Assembly (NCBI GenBank): GCA_045538685.1
Contig: JAZSRX010000034.1
Span: 11,111-75,110, forward strand
Length of the DNA stretch: 64,000 nucleotides
Direction of reading: 5' to 3'
Origin: Eubacteriales bacterium
GTDB lineage: Bacteria > Bacillota > Clostridia > Oscillospirales > CAG-272
In this document: positions 25,459 to 35,049 of the stretch, one piece after another
Layout: each line of letters begins with the position of its first letter
How positions within the stretch are numbered: position 1 is the first letter of the stretch
Program-made: the position numbers and the translations under genes
The notes under the pieces: generated by a model
What the model was told of the DNA's origin: nothing
Database searches by the model: none
What the model saw: the letters and a program-made list of their open reading frames with translations, nothing else

Positions 25459-26814
25459 TTAGTCAACGTCAGGTCTTTCAACAACGGTACTTCCGTAGTT
25501 GGTACACTTTGTAATAGCGGTAACACCCTCTTTCATAGTAGCAGTGCTGCCGTCTACACTGAGAGAAAGGTTGATGTCTGCATCAACTCTCATACCGGAG
25601 AGAGTTCCCTTGTTTACATAGTACTTAGCATACATACTAAGATCCATATCGTCGCCTGCGGTAGCTCCAACACCCTGAAGTGCCTGGCCGAGAGCATCTT
25701 CAAGATACTTCTCTGCGTTCTCCTCTGCAAGCTCGAAGCCGAAGGATGACTTTGTGAAGTAGGTGTAGTCAAGATACTGGTCATAGAAAGGTCTGAGCTC
25801 TTCAACACTGCTGAAACCGATCTGGAAGAGATATGCCTTGTTCCATCTGCCTGTGTTGTTATCCTTTACATAGCAAACGGTGCCGTCGTTTGTCTCTTCT
25901 ATGTAAACAATAATGGTCTCGCTTTCTTCTTCATTCATGAGATACTCGCCGGTTCTGTCGTCCTTAACCTTCTGCATAACATACATCGTCTGTTCCATAT
26001 AAATGCGGTTGTCGGCATACTTGATAAGCTGGGTGGTTTTGATCTCCATCTCCATGCTCTGTCCCTCTTCCTTTGCTTCTGCGGAAGCGGTTACTGTCAT
26101 CTCGGTCTCCATAGTGCAGTTGCTGTAGCTTTCAGAATTGAAAACAGAGTCATAGTAGCTCTTGTTAATGGTATTGCCGTTCTCGGGAAGGGGAGCGAAA
26201 TACTTCCAATCGGGACCGCACTTGATAACGTAAACGACCGCAGTCTTTTCGTTGCTCTTCTTTGCAATACCCGAAACACCGCTGCTGAGAGCATAAGGAT
26301 CGTCGATCTCGTATGTTACCTCAAACTTTTCAACCTCGTCACACTCATCAAGAATGTACTCGGGAAGATTAAGTGCTTCGATTTCGCTGTCGCTAAGCTC
26401 GCCCTTGGACTCAACCTTGTCAACAAGTGCAATGCCGTTACCAGAAAGTTCATTGGTTACAAATGCCTCGGCTGCCTCTTCAGAGCTGTCAAAGCTTCTG
26501 TTAGAAAGAACACCCTCAAAGGTCTCGGAAACACCGCCGAGTTCGTCGATGAATTTTACGTCCTCAGAATCTAATGCAGTGCCGGGGGCACCCGATTCAG
26601 GTCTGGGAATGTAGGGAGCTGTCACACCGATGTTGCCGAGAATCATAAGGGCAGAAGCAATAATTGCCGCTACACCAACTACGATAATCAGAACAGAGCC
26701 GATAATCGAGGGCTTTTTCGGGGACTTGGGACTAACCGGCTCGGAGACGGGCTGTTCTACAGCATATTCTTCGGGCTGTGCCTGATTGCTAACGTTCATG
26801 TTTTCTTCGTTCAT
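25459..26814 (-). CDS. N-terminally anchored extracytoplasmic protein, unknown function (451 aa)
   Basis: MNEENMN acidic N-terminus, a single TM (IIGSVLIIVVGVAAIIASALMILG), and no domain I recognise. Confidence 0.5.
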   Translation of the reverse strand: MNEENMNVSNQAQPEEYAVEQPVSEPVSPKSPKKPSIIGSVLIIVVGVAAIIASALMILGNIGVTAPYIPRPESGAPGTALDSEDVKFIDELGGVSETFEGVLSNRSFDSSEEAAEAFVTNELSGNGIALVDKVESKGELSDSEIEALNLPEYILDECDEVEKFEVTYEIDDPYALSSGVSGIAKKSNEKTAVVYVIKCGPDWKYFAPLPENGNTINKSYYDSVFNSESYSNCTMETEMTVTASAEAKEEGQSMEMEIKTTQLIKYADNRIYMEQTMYVMQKVKDDRTGEYLMNEEESETIIVYIEETNDGTVCYVKDNNTGRWNKAYLFQIGFSSVEELRPFYDQYLDYTYFTKSSFGFELAEENAEKYLEDALGQALQGVGATAGDDMDLSMYAKYYVNKGTLSGMRVDADINLSLSVDGSTATMKEGVTAITKCTNYGSTVVERPDVD

Positions 26815-26887
26815 TTTGGTTTTCTCCTTGTTGTTTTATTTTTTTATATTAATATATGAATTTCATATAAATATAATCGCTACTAAA

Positions 26888-27778
26888 TCAGCCAAACTGC
26901 TTAATGGGCTTTATTGCCCTGCCCTCTTCATACTCGCGTACCTCGCCGAGTGCAAAGAAGCCGTTTTCGTCATAAAGACGCACCCTTTCGTCTAATGGAA
27001 GGTCAAGGTTGATCTTTTTAAGATAAATTTCAAGCCCCGAATGTGCGAGCTTTGCAAAAAAGGGCGGAAGATTCACCTTTTTCAGATCGCGGAAGATATA
27101 TTCCACAGGAAATATACATTCTTCCCTCTCGGTGTCGGTCATTTCTTCAAGCTCCGATAGGGTGTGTGCATCAGAAAGGTTAAAGCCGGATGCCGATGCC
27201 CGACAAAGTGTTTTCATCGTTCCCCCGCAGGACAGCTTTTTTCCGATATCTGCACAAAGTGTGCGGATATATGTTCCCTTTGAACAATGCACGTCAAGGG
27301 TGTACTCCCTCTCGTTGATTTTTTCGGCGGTAAGCGAGTGAATTACAACCTGTCTCGGCTCACGTTCAACAGTAATGCCCTCTCTTGCCAGGTCGCAAAG
27401 CTTTTTTCCGCCCACCTTCAGTGCCGAGTACATCGGCGGAGTCTGCAAATACTCGCCCACAAAGCTCTCTGTGACAGACAAAACCTCTTCCTCGGTGGGA
27501 TAACTGTCACACTCGGTGAGAATGTTTCCCGTCACGTCCTCGGTGTCGGTGGTAACTCCCAGCAAAAGAGTTGCTTTGTAATGCTTATCCTGCGACAGCA
27601 TAAACTCGCTCGCCTTCACCCCGCGTTCAAGCAGCACAGGCAAAACTCCCGTCGCCATAGGATCAAGTGTGCCGGTATGCCCCGCCTTTGATGCCGAGAA
27701 AATTCTTTTCACTCGGTTAACCACACCCTGCGAGGTTGGGCCAATCTCTTTGTTTATAATAACTATTCCGTTTTTCAT
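26888..27778 (-). CDS. truB: tRNA pseudouridine(55) synthase
   Basis: 296 aa; GHTGTLDPMATGVLPV catalytic motif. Confidence 0.9.
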   Translation of the reverse strand: MKNGIVIINKEIGPTSQGVVNRVKRIFSASKAGHTGTLDPMATGVLPVLLERGVKASEFMLSQDKHYKATLLLGVTTDTEDVTGNILTECDSYPTEEEVLSVTESFVGEYLQTPPMYSALKVGGKKLCDLAREGITVEREPRQVVIHSLTAEKINEREYTLDVHCSKGTYIRTLCADIGKKLSCGGTMKTLCRASASGFNLSDAHTLSELEEMTDTEREECIFPVEYIFRDLKKVNLPPFFAKLAHSGLEIYLKKINLDLPLDERVRLYDENGFFALGEVREYEEGRAIKPIKQFG

Positions 27779-27784
27779 ATTGGG

Positions 27785-29818
27785 TTATTTGTTCAGATCA
27801 AACACACTCTTCATTTCAAGAACGTCCTTCAGATGATAGGCGGTTTCCATTCCTCCCGTAACGGTAAAGTTGATTTTGACAGGTGCTTCTGAGGTCAGAT
27901 CAAAATAGTTGTCGTCAAACACCGCGTCAACTCCGTCAAAGCTGATTTCCATATCCTTTACAAAAGCATCGGATGATACGGTAATTCCAAACCTTCTGTC
28001 CTGACCGCTGATAACCGTTTTAATCTTGGGCTTTTTGAAAATGAAATGCTTTTCGGGAACGAAAAGAAGTGTTTTCTTCGAAAGAGTGGAAGATGCCTCT
28101 TTTATGTAATATTCAAGATAGTATTCCCTCTCGTGACCTGCAATATAACTGCCGATACTTGCACTGTGAAGCTTAACCGACGACATTGCTTCGATCTCAC
28201 AGGGAACAGATTCTTTATAAATTGTATAGTTTGATGCGTCTGCAATACGGTATTCAAGAGTGCCGATACAGTCGATTTTTCGCTGATTTGATACAGAGAA
28301 GCCAACTATTCCCTCTTTAAAATCCGCATAGACGGTTATTGGTGCAAAATAGCGAGATGCATAATACTGCAAGGGCTTCCACCTTGCTCTTGAATCTATG
28401 GCAGAGGCAGAGATCGCCATTTCGGGATCGCTGAGTCTGTAAAATACTGCTCGCCAGAACTGGTCGGGATAAAGACGTGCATCCTTAACCATTTCGCCAA
28501 CCTGATGTGCGGCCGCAAGTGCCGAAGCATAGGCAAAGCCCGAAAGGTTTGAGGGATAAGGATATCTGTCGGCAACCGACATAAGCATATCGCGGATAGC
28601 TCCATCCTCGGCAATTGTCTCAATAGAGTGGGAGAAGAGATTTCTCTCGCTCTCGGGAATTACACCGCAGATTGTTTTCATTGAAGGAAGTGCAGGCAGA
28701 CCTATATATTCGGGCTGGGCGGAAATAAGCTCTACCGCCATTCCGGGTATTTGCTCGTTTAATTTTTCAAGCTCATCGCTGTGGTCTCCCTCACCGATAA
28801 GGTCGATAAGGCAGAGAGACGGATGATTTGATCTATGGCGAAGCGACTCTATGACAGCAGAATCAAGAGAGGTGTGCTCCTCGATAACCATAATGCCGTG
28901 AATATCGCAAAGCTCATAGAACTTTTCCGAAGGAGTTGGTGCATCGTAAGGAATAACAAGACAGTTGTAGTTTGCCATAGATGCAGAGGTAACGTATGCC
29001 TCGGTGCGTCTGTCGGCAGACGTTGTGTCAGGATCGCCCTCGGGAATATACACCGCACCCATAGGCAGAACATTTATGCCGTTAACAATAATTTTGCCCA
29101 TATTTCCGGCACAGCAGGTACGCAGACCAAGGCGGATCTCGGCGGTGTCCTCAACGTCACTATCGCCGTAAAGATTAACCGTAAGGCGATAAAGATTTTG
29201 CACACCCTGTCCCTTTGGCCACCAGAAAAGAGGATCTTTTACGGTGATAGTACCCTCGCCCTTTGTAAGTCCGCCATAGTAAATCTGACCTGTGGAGGAA
29301 ACAAGGGTTGCAATGGCACGAACCGATGCCGAGTCTCCGATAAGATCAAGCTTTATGCCAAGCTCAACATCCTTGCCCGTATGATTTTGCAAAAGCGAAA
29401 CCCGATCTATTATAGCACAGGAGAAGCGAAGAATTTCAACCGCGTGGCTGATTCCCGCATAAAGAATATCTCCGTCGGATGAAGAGAATTTTATGGAAAG
29501 AACATTGTCGCCGTGGCTCATAATGCCCGAAGCATCAATGTTATAGAACGGAGTTACACCGTCCGCCTCAAGAACAAGCTTGTCACCGATATAAACCTTG
29601 GCAGGCATAGAGAGTCCCTTGATGCGAAGATAGAAATTCTTCATAGCAAGAGCAACGTCGTCAACGTGAATTACACTCTCAAATTTTACAGCGTCGCCTA
29701 TACAGTCAAGCTCCGCACCGGCGGAAGTAAGCACCGATTTTACCGAAAAGGGTATAGTGCACTCGTATCTTTCGCCATTTGTAACAAGCTCAAATCTTTT
29801 AATTTCTCGTCTGATCAT
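27785..29818 (-). CDS. Glycoside hydrolase family 2-like protein (beta-mannosidase-like), tentative
   Basis: 677 aa. The length and segment pattern (NYNCLVIPYDAPTPSEKFYELCDIHGIMVIEEH) are reminiscent of GH2. This assignment is from memory only. Confidence 0.45.
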   Translation of the reverse strand: MIRREIKRFELVTNGERYECTIPFSVKSVLTSAGAELDCIGDAVKFESVIHVDDVALAMKNFYLRIKGLSMPAKVYIGDKLVLEADGVTPFYNIDASGIMSHGDNVLSIKFSSSDGDILYAGISHAVEILRFSCAIIDRVSLLQNHTGKDVELGIKLDLIGDSASVRAIATLVSSTGQIYYGGLTKGEGTITVKDPLFWWPKGQGVQNLYRLTVNLYGDSDVEDTAEIRLGLRTCCAGNMGKIIVNGINVLPMGAVYIPEGDPDTTSADRRTEAYVTSASMANYNCLVIPYDAPTPSEKFYELCDIHGIMVIEEHTSLDSAVIESLRHRSNHPSLCLIDLIGEGDHSDELEKLNEQIPGMAVELISAQPEYIGLPALPSMKTICGVIPESERNLFSHSIETIAEDGAIRDMLMSVADRYPYPSNLSGFAYASALAAAHQVGEMVKDARLYPDQFWRAVFYRLSDPEMAISASAIDSRARWKPLQYYASRYFAPITVYADFKEGIVGFSVSNQRKIDCIGTLEYRIADASNYTIYKESVPCEIEAMSSVKLHSASIGSYIAGHEREYYLEYYIKEASSTLSKKTLLFVPEKHFIFKKPKIKTVISGQDRRFGITVSSDAFVKDMEISFDGVDAVFDDNYFDLTSEAPVKINFTVTGGMETAYHLKDVLEMKSVFDLNK

Positions 29819-29962
29819 TTATTTTCTCCCTCTCGCCCATAGGACGTAAGAAAAAGTTTTTAGTAAAAGGTTTTTGTAAAGAAAAATTTCAACAAAAAAG
29901 CTTATGCAAGAAAATTTTGAATCAATTTTTGAAAACCGAAGTTATCGTTTATTCTCCAAATA

Positions 29963-31990
29963 TCAGCGTCTGCCCACCCTGCGAACCCGCTTTGGCAGAG
30001 CCACACCGTCTTTGTGACAGCGAAGAATGTTGGTTATCTCCTCGCCACCCTCAACCGTAAAAATCAGGTGATGTGAATACAGGCGGTGAGAGGAAAGCTC
30101 CTCGCCTCTGTCACCCATATAGGTTGGAACAGAATTTAAAATCAGATTTCTGTGATCCCTCTCACGCATCAGGGGGAATTTTTCTCCCTTTCTGTCAACA
30201 AGTGAGCAGGAATTACACTTCTCGCAGCCGAAATTCTCCTTGATAAAGCATCTTTCGGTAATCATAAGCGGTATTCTTCCGTAGGTGATAAGCCCACCGC
30301 CAATGTCTCTCGCCTTCGGCAGAGTAAGCTCGGGTGAGAGAACAAGATGCTCTATGCCCATTTTGCGATAAACCTCTCGGCTCTCGCCGTTTGTAACATT
30401 AAGCCGAAAATCGCCAAAAGGAATAAATCCAAGCTCCTTTACAAGAGAAATTTGTCCGATATTGCTAACCAAAGCGTACATTACACCCTTTTTTCGAGCA
30501 TTTTTCAGCTTTTCGGTCAGCAAATCCATCTCACTGTCAAACACAACCGCGGGCAGATAAACACCGCCGGCAAGAACAAGCGACTCAACACTTGCACTGC
30601 TTGGCAGGAAGGAAATGTCTATTGAAGAAATGACATTCTCGCTTTTTGAAAGGGTGGAAAGATAGTTCTCCTCGGACAAAAACTGTGCCGTAGTAATGGG
30701 GGATTTTTCATCTTTATTATAATTTACAAATTTATATTCAAATTGGGGAAGCTCTCTTTCGCAGGACTCAAACATCTCGGCGGCACTGCGTCGAATAGCA
30801 TTAATCGCAGAGGGAGAAAGGTTAATTCCCTCCTCTAAATCAAGCGACAGACCGTCGGGAGACAGGGTGAGATTTGTGTTTCCCATTTTGCAAAGACGTG
30901 CCTTCACACCTTCATCGGTGAGAGGAGCATTTTCCGCCTTTACAGGTATATCTCCTGTGGCAGTCACACTTCGTGTGCCGTCGGTAATTGTCATTTTGGA
31001 AGGAATACCAAGCTTGAACTCGGCTGTGGCAGAAACCTTCGCCTTTTGGGGCGAAAAGACACCTGTGCCAAGAGCCAGTGTATCCTGTTTATCAGCATCG
31101 GAACGGATGCCCGTCATTCCCTTTTCGGTTTTGCCAACAAAATATCCGTCGGTAAATCCGCCGCGTGAGAAGGCACGTCGCAAAAGCTGATTTTCGGCAG
31201 GAGTTGCCGCCCTTCCCTCATCAAGCAGACGGCGGTAAACCGAGGTCACCGTATATACATAATCGGGGGATTTCATTCGCCCCTCAATTTTTAAGGATGC
31301 CACGCCCGACTTAATAAGCTCGGGAATGTGATCGGCAAGAGACAGGTCTTTTAATGACAAAGGATACTTGCCGTTGTTATAGGGCAGACGGCAGGGCTGA
31401 GCACATTCGCCTCGGTTTCCGCTTCGCCCACCAACCATAGAGGAAAACAGGCATTGTCCCGAGTAGCAAACGCAGAGAGCACCATGAAGGAACACCTCAA
31501 TCTCACAGGGCGAGCTGTCCACAACCGAGCATATTTCAGAAAGCGAAAGCTCGCGTGCCAGAACGACACGGCTTGCACCAAGACCGTATGCCTCGGCAGC
31601 ACCGAGGGTGTTATGCACCGACATCTGTGTTGATGCGTGAAGCTCAAGATCGGGCACATATCTGCGTATCGCCGCCATAACACCAAGGTCGCAGACAATA
31701 AGTGCGTCAATACCTATTCTGTAAAGCTCTGCGGCATATTCCACCGCATCCGCCATTTCCTTATCTTCGATAAGAGTGTTCAGAGTTACATAGAGCTTTA
31801 CACCGTGAAGGTGGCAGTATCTCACCGCCGAAGAAAGCTCGTTTATTTCAAAATTTTTCGCAAAGGCACGAGCACCAAAGCGTTTTCCGCCAACATAAAT
31901 TGCATCTGCCCCACCTGCAACCGCAGCATAAAGACAGGACATATCTCCCGCAGGAGCAAGAAGCTCTGGAAGAGCGGTTTTTCTTTTCAT
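29963..31990 (-). CDS. U32-family peptidase (collagenase-like / RNA hydroxylation family)
   Basis: 675 aa; LLAPAGD...GGADAIYVGG and EVFLHGALCVCYSGQC U32 signature. Confidence 0.85.
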   Translation of the reverse strand: MKRKTALPELLAPAGDMSCLYAAVAGGADAIYVGGKRFGARAFAKNFEINELSSAVRYCHLHGVKLYVTLNTLIEDKEMADAVEYAAELYRIGIDALIVCDLGVMAAIRRYVPDLELHASTQMSVHNTLGAAEAYGLGASRVVLARELSLSEICSVVDSSPCEIEVFLHGALCVCYSGQCLFSSMVGGRSGNRGECAQPCRLPYNNGKYPLSLKDLSLADHIPELIKSGVASLKIEGRMKSPDYVYTVTSVYRRLLDEGRAATPAENQLLRRAFSRGGFTDGYFVGKTEKGMTGIRSDADKQDTLALGTGVFSPQKAKVSATAEFKLGIPSKMTITDGTRSVTATGDIPVKAENAPLTDEGVKARLCKMGNTNLTLSPDGLSLDLEEGINLSPSAINAIRRSAAEMFESCERELPQFEYKFVNYNKDEKSPITTAQFLSEENYLSTLSKSENVISSIDISFLPSSASVESLVLAGGVYLPAVVFDSEMDLLTEKLKNARKKGVMYALVSNIGQISLVKELGFIPFGDFRLNVTNGESREVYRKMGIEHLVLSPELTLPKARDIGGGLITYGRIPLMITERCFIKENFGCEKCNSCSLVDRKGEKFPLMRERDHRNLILNSVPTYMGDRGEELSSHRLYSHHLIFTVEGGEEITNILRCHKDGVALPKRVRRVGRR

Positions 31991-32008
31991 ATTCTTACTC
32001 CTTTCTTT

Positions 32009-32260
32009 TGAGTGCAGAGTTTCTTTATTAAATCACTCGCACTAATCTGTCATCCCGAGCGGTAGGAACATCACTCGAAGACGAAACCTCTCATCGAGGG
32101 ATCTCCGTGTAGGATCCTTTTTCCTTTTAGACTTTGGCAAGTGAGAATTTAGAAAAAATCATCCTTGTCAGCGTCTGAACTTGCGTGAGGTTCGAAAAAG
32201 GAGATCCCTCGCACAGAGCCCTTAGTCTCCTCCCCGGGTTTGTGCCGCTCGGGATGACAA
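32009..32260 (-). mobile_element. MITE/REP-like nested-palindrome element, inverted relative to the 56-kb and 58.6-kb copies (core 32047-32259)
   Basis: TIRs CTGTCATCCCGAGCGGTAG ... GCCGCTCGGGATGACAA. The reverse complement of the core aligns along its whole length with 56077-56293. Confidence 0.8.
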
Positions 32261-32272
32261 ATAAGAGTGGGA

Positions 32273-32693
32273 GAGAACGCGGATTATAGCCAAAGCATCA
32301 AAGCCGCATCCGACGAAGAGATTTTGAGATAAAATTCGTGGCTCTCAATCCGAAGCTGTAGTTACCTACTGCGAGTGATTGAAAACGCGGATTATAGCCA
32401 AAGCATCAAAGCCGCATCTGACGAAGAGATTTTGAGGATAGATTGTCGAATGTGACCCGAAGGCGTAGTTACCTACTGCGAGTGATTGAGAACACGGATT
32501 ATAGCCAAAGCATCAAAGCCGCATCCGACGAAGAGATTTTGAGATAGAATTCATGGCTCTCAATCCGAAGCTGTAATTTTACCTACTGCGAGTGATTGAG
32601 AACGCGGATTATAGTCAAAGCATCAAAGCCGCATCTGACGAAGAGATTTTGAGGATAGATTGTCGAATGTGACCCGAAGGCGTAGTTACCTAC
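32273..32693. repeat. Tandem array of four ~108-nt units in A-B-A-B order (higher-order period ~215 nt), plus a degenerate fifth partial unit to ~32742
   Basis: Units start at 32273, 32381, 32488 and 32598. Shared core GAGAACGCGGATTATAGCCAAAGCATCAAAGCCGCATCYGACGAAGAGATTTTGAG...GTAGTTACCTACTGCGAGTGATT. No ORF of 60 aa or more. Confidence 0.9.
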
Positions 32694-32742
32694 GTCGAGC
32701 TAGGTCACAATCGGCAATATAGACCAAAATATCAAAGTCAGA

Positions 32743-34287
32743 TCATTTTTTCCAGTATTTGCGGTCCAAACTCCTATACATTATCGCTTCTGCAATATGG
32801 TCTTCGGTTATCTGTGCCGAGCCGTCAAGGTCGGCTATTGTTCTGGCGACGCGAAGAACTCTGTCGTGGCCGCGTGCCGACAGACCGAGGGTTTCAAATG
32901 CCTGACGCATCAGCTCGCTGCCCTCCTCGGTGGGAGTGCAATATTTACGAAGCTGTTCGGTGGACATTCTTGCGTTCAGAACACCCGGCTTGTCACCACC
33001 CCGGCGGAGTCTTTCATCGGTGAATTTACGGGATTTGTTCACTCGCTCGCGAATCTGAGCAGAGCTTTCACCGGGTGCGGTTTTGCCCGAAATTTCATTA
33101 TAGCTTACCGCAGGAAGCTCGATTTCTATATCAATACGGTCAAGAAGCGGACCGCTTACACGTTCAAGATACTTTGTTATTGCTCCGGGAGCACATCTGC
33201 AGGTGTGGGTGGGATCGCCGAAATATCCGCACTTGCAGGGATTCATTGCACAAACAAGCATAAACGAGGATGGGAAGGACAGCTTTGCAGCGGCTCTGGT
33301 AACGGTAACAACACCGTCTTCAAGGGGCTGACGAAGCGACTCTGTAACCGTCTTTGGAAATTCGGGAAGCTCGTCTAAGAAAAGCACACCGTTGTGTGCA
33401 AGAGAGATCTCGCCGGGGCGAGGATTTGCACCGCCGCCAATCATACCCACAGGGCTTACCGTATGGTGAGGAGAACGGAAAGGACGCTCGGTAACAAGAT
33501 TTCCCCTCAGTATTCCCGTAACCGAATGAATTTTGGTGGTTTCAACCGCCTCGTCAAAGCTCATATCGGGCAAAATTGTGGCAAGTCGCTTTGCAAGCAT
33601 TGATTTGCCTGCACCGGGAGGGCCGATCATAAGCACGTTATGTCCGCCTGCGGCTGCGATTTCAAGGGCACGTTTTGCCTTTAGCTGACCTCGAACATCG
33701 GCAAAATCAACACCGCGGGATTGATTTGCAAAATCAAAGGCGGAGCCGTCAAACCGTATTGGAACAATGGGCTCGATGCCTTTCAGGTGACTGATAAGCT
33801 GACGAAGGTTTTTAACGGGATAAACATCAATTCCCTCTACCACCGCCGCCTCGCCTGCATTATCGCAAGGAACATAAATCTCACGTCTGCCGATATCTCT
33901 TGCAGAAACGGTCATTGGCAGTATGCCGCCCACAGAGCGAAGCTCGCCCGACAGCGAAAGCTCGCCGATAAAGCATTTGTCCGACAGGTCAAGTGAACGC
34001 GGAATTGTGCCGTCGCATTGAAGCAGGGCAACGGTTATTGCAAGGTCGAAGGAAGAACCTTCTTTTTTAATATTAGCAGGTGCGAGATTAAGCATTATTT
34101 CAAGCGAAGGAAAACGAAAACCGCTGTTTTCGCAGGCAGAACGGACTCTGCCCTTCGCCTCTTTAACGGCGGCATCGGGAAGACCGACAAGATCAAATTT
34201 CGGAAGTCTGTCCCAAGTGGAACATTCAACCGTAACCTCAAAGCCCTCTATACCGAGAACCCCTGCTGTAAAAATCTTAGATAGCAT
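32743..34287 (-). CDS. comM: Mg-chelatase-like AAA+ protein YifB/ComM
   Basis: 514 aa; Walker A GPPGAGKS; ChlI/MCM-like core; typical N- and C-terminal domains. Confidence 0.9.
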   Translation of the reverse strand: MLSKIFTAGVLGIEGFEVTVECSTWDRLPKFDLVGLPDAAVKEAKGRVRSACENSGFRFPSLEIMLNLAPANIKKEGSSFDLAITVALLQCDGTIPRSLDLSDKCFIGELSLSGELRSVGGILPMTVSARDIGRREIYVPCDNAGEAAVVEGIDVYPVKNLRQLISHLKGIEPIVPIRFDGSAFDFANQSRGVDFADVRGQLKAKRALEIAAAGGHNVLMIGPPGAGKSMLAKRLATILPDMSFDEAVETTKIHSVTGILRGNLVTERPFRSPHHTVSPVGMIGGGANPRPGEISLAHNGVLFLDELPEFPKTVTESLRQPLEDGVVTVTRAAAKLSFPSSFMLVCAMNPCKCGYFGDPTHTCRCAPGAITKYLERVSGPLLDRIDIEIELPAVSYNEISGKTAPGESSAQIRERVNKSRKFTDERLRRGGDKPGVLNARMSTEQLRKYCTPTEEGSELMRQAFETLGLSARGHDRVLRVARTIADLDGSAQITEDHIAEAIMYRSLDRKYWKK

Positions 34288-34303
34288 ACCTAACCTCGTA
34301 AAG

Positions 34304-34828
34304 TTATTTCTTTTTACCTTTAATTTTAACTCCCTTTTCTTTAAGAAAAACGATAAATTCCTCTGCGTTACCTACGGTAAAGCCGTCATTTTTCAGAAGA
34401 TACATAAGTTTTGCGTTGGTAACGACTACAATATAGCTCTTGGTCTGAAAAGCATATTTCAGGTTTTCCAGAGATACAGAATTTTTTCCGTCTAAAGCAG
34501 AAAATGTAATTTCCCCATCAGTAACCGTCACATTGCAAACAAGCTCTCTTCCGTTTGCCATCTCCCTGTCGCGTTTAACCATCATTTTTACCTGGGAGCG
34601 ATAGGAAATTATCATCATCACAGGAAGAAACACAGCGAGAACACAGGGCAGCATAAATTCTTCGGCATTTTCAAAGTCGAAGCAGAGTCCTACTATACAA
34701 GCCAGAGAATAAAATGCAAGAATTGCGTACATAGCAACCATAGTTGGCTTCTTAAAAAACCAGTAGTGATATATTTCCTTCGCTGTATCTTCGTCACGGA
34801 CGAAGCTGTTTTCAAAGCGTGCTTGCAT
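34304..34828 (-). CDS. YcxB-like membrane protein (tentative)
   Basis: 174 aa; two central TM helices followed by a small C-terminal domain. The pattern is recalled, not searched. Confidence 0.4.
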   Translation of the reverse strand: MQARFENSFVRDEDTAKEIYHYWFFKKPTMVAMYAILAFYSLACIVGLCFDFENAEEFMLPCVLAVFLPVMMIISYRSQVKMMVKRDREMANGRELVCNVTVTDGEITFSALDGKNSVSLENLKYAFQTKSYIVVVTNAKLMYLLKNDGFTVGNAEEFIVFLKEKGVKIKGKKK

Positions 34829-35005
34829 AAAAATCCCCTAAAAATATATTTTTACGAATATATTATAGCACACACATACGCGTAAAATCAATAGCAATTA
34901 ACAGTTTTTGAACAAACTTTGGTGTTTTTTGACAAATATGGAGTATATTTATTTACAAATTGGACAATATTTTGTAATTGTTTTGTAAAAATCTCGTTAA
35001 AGCGG

Positions 35006-35034
35006 TTGAAAAAGAGGTCTCTATATGGTAAAAT
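35006..35034 (+). promoter_or_regulatory. Sigma-A promoter with extended -10
   Basis: TTGAAA, 17 nt, then TGgTAAAAT. Confidence 0.6.
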
Positions 35035-35049
35035 GAGATAGTTGTACGA

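Noticed and set aside
32273-32742. Regularly spaced repeats that could be read as a CRISPR array
   Set aside because: The unit is ~108 nt, with ~80 nt conserved. The variable parts are just two alternating, mutually related sequences (A-B-A-B) rather than unique spacers. No cas genes are in the window.
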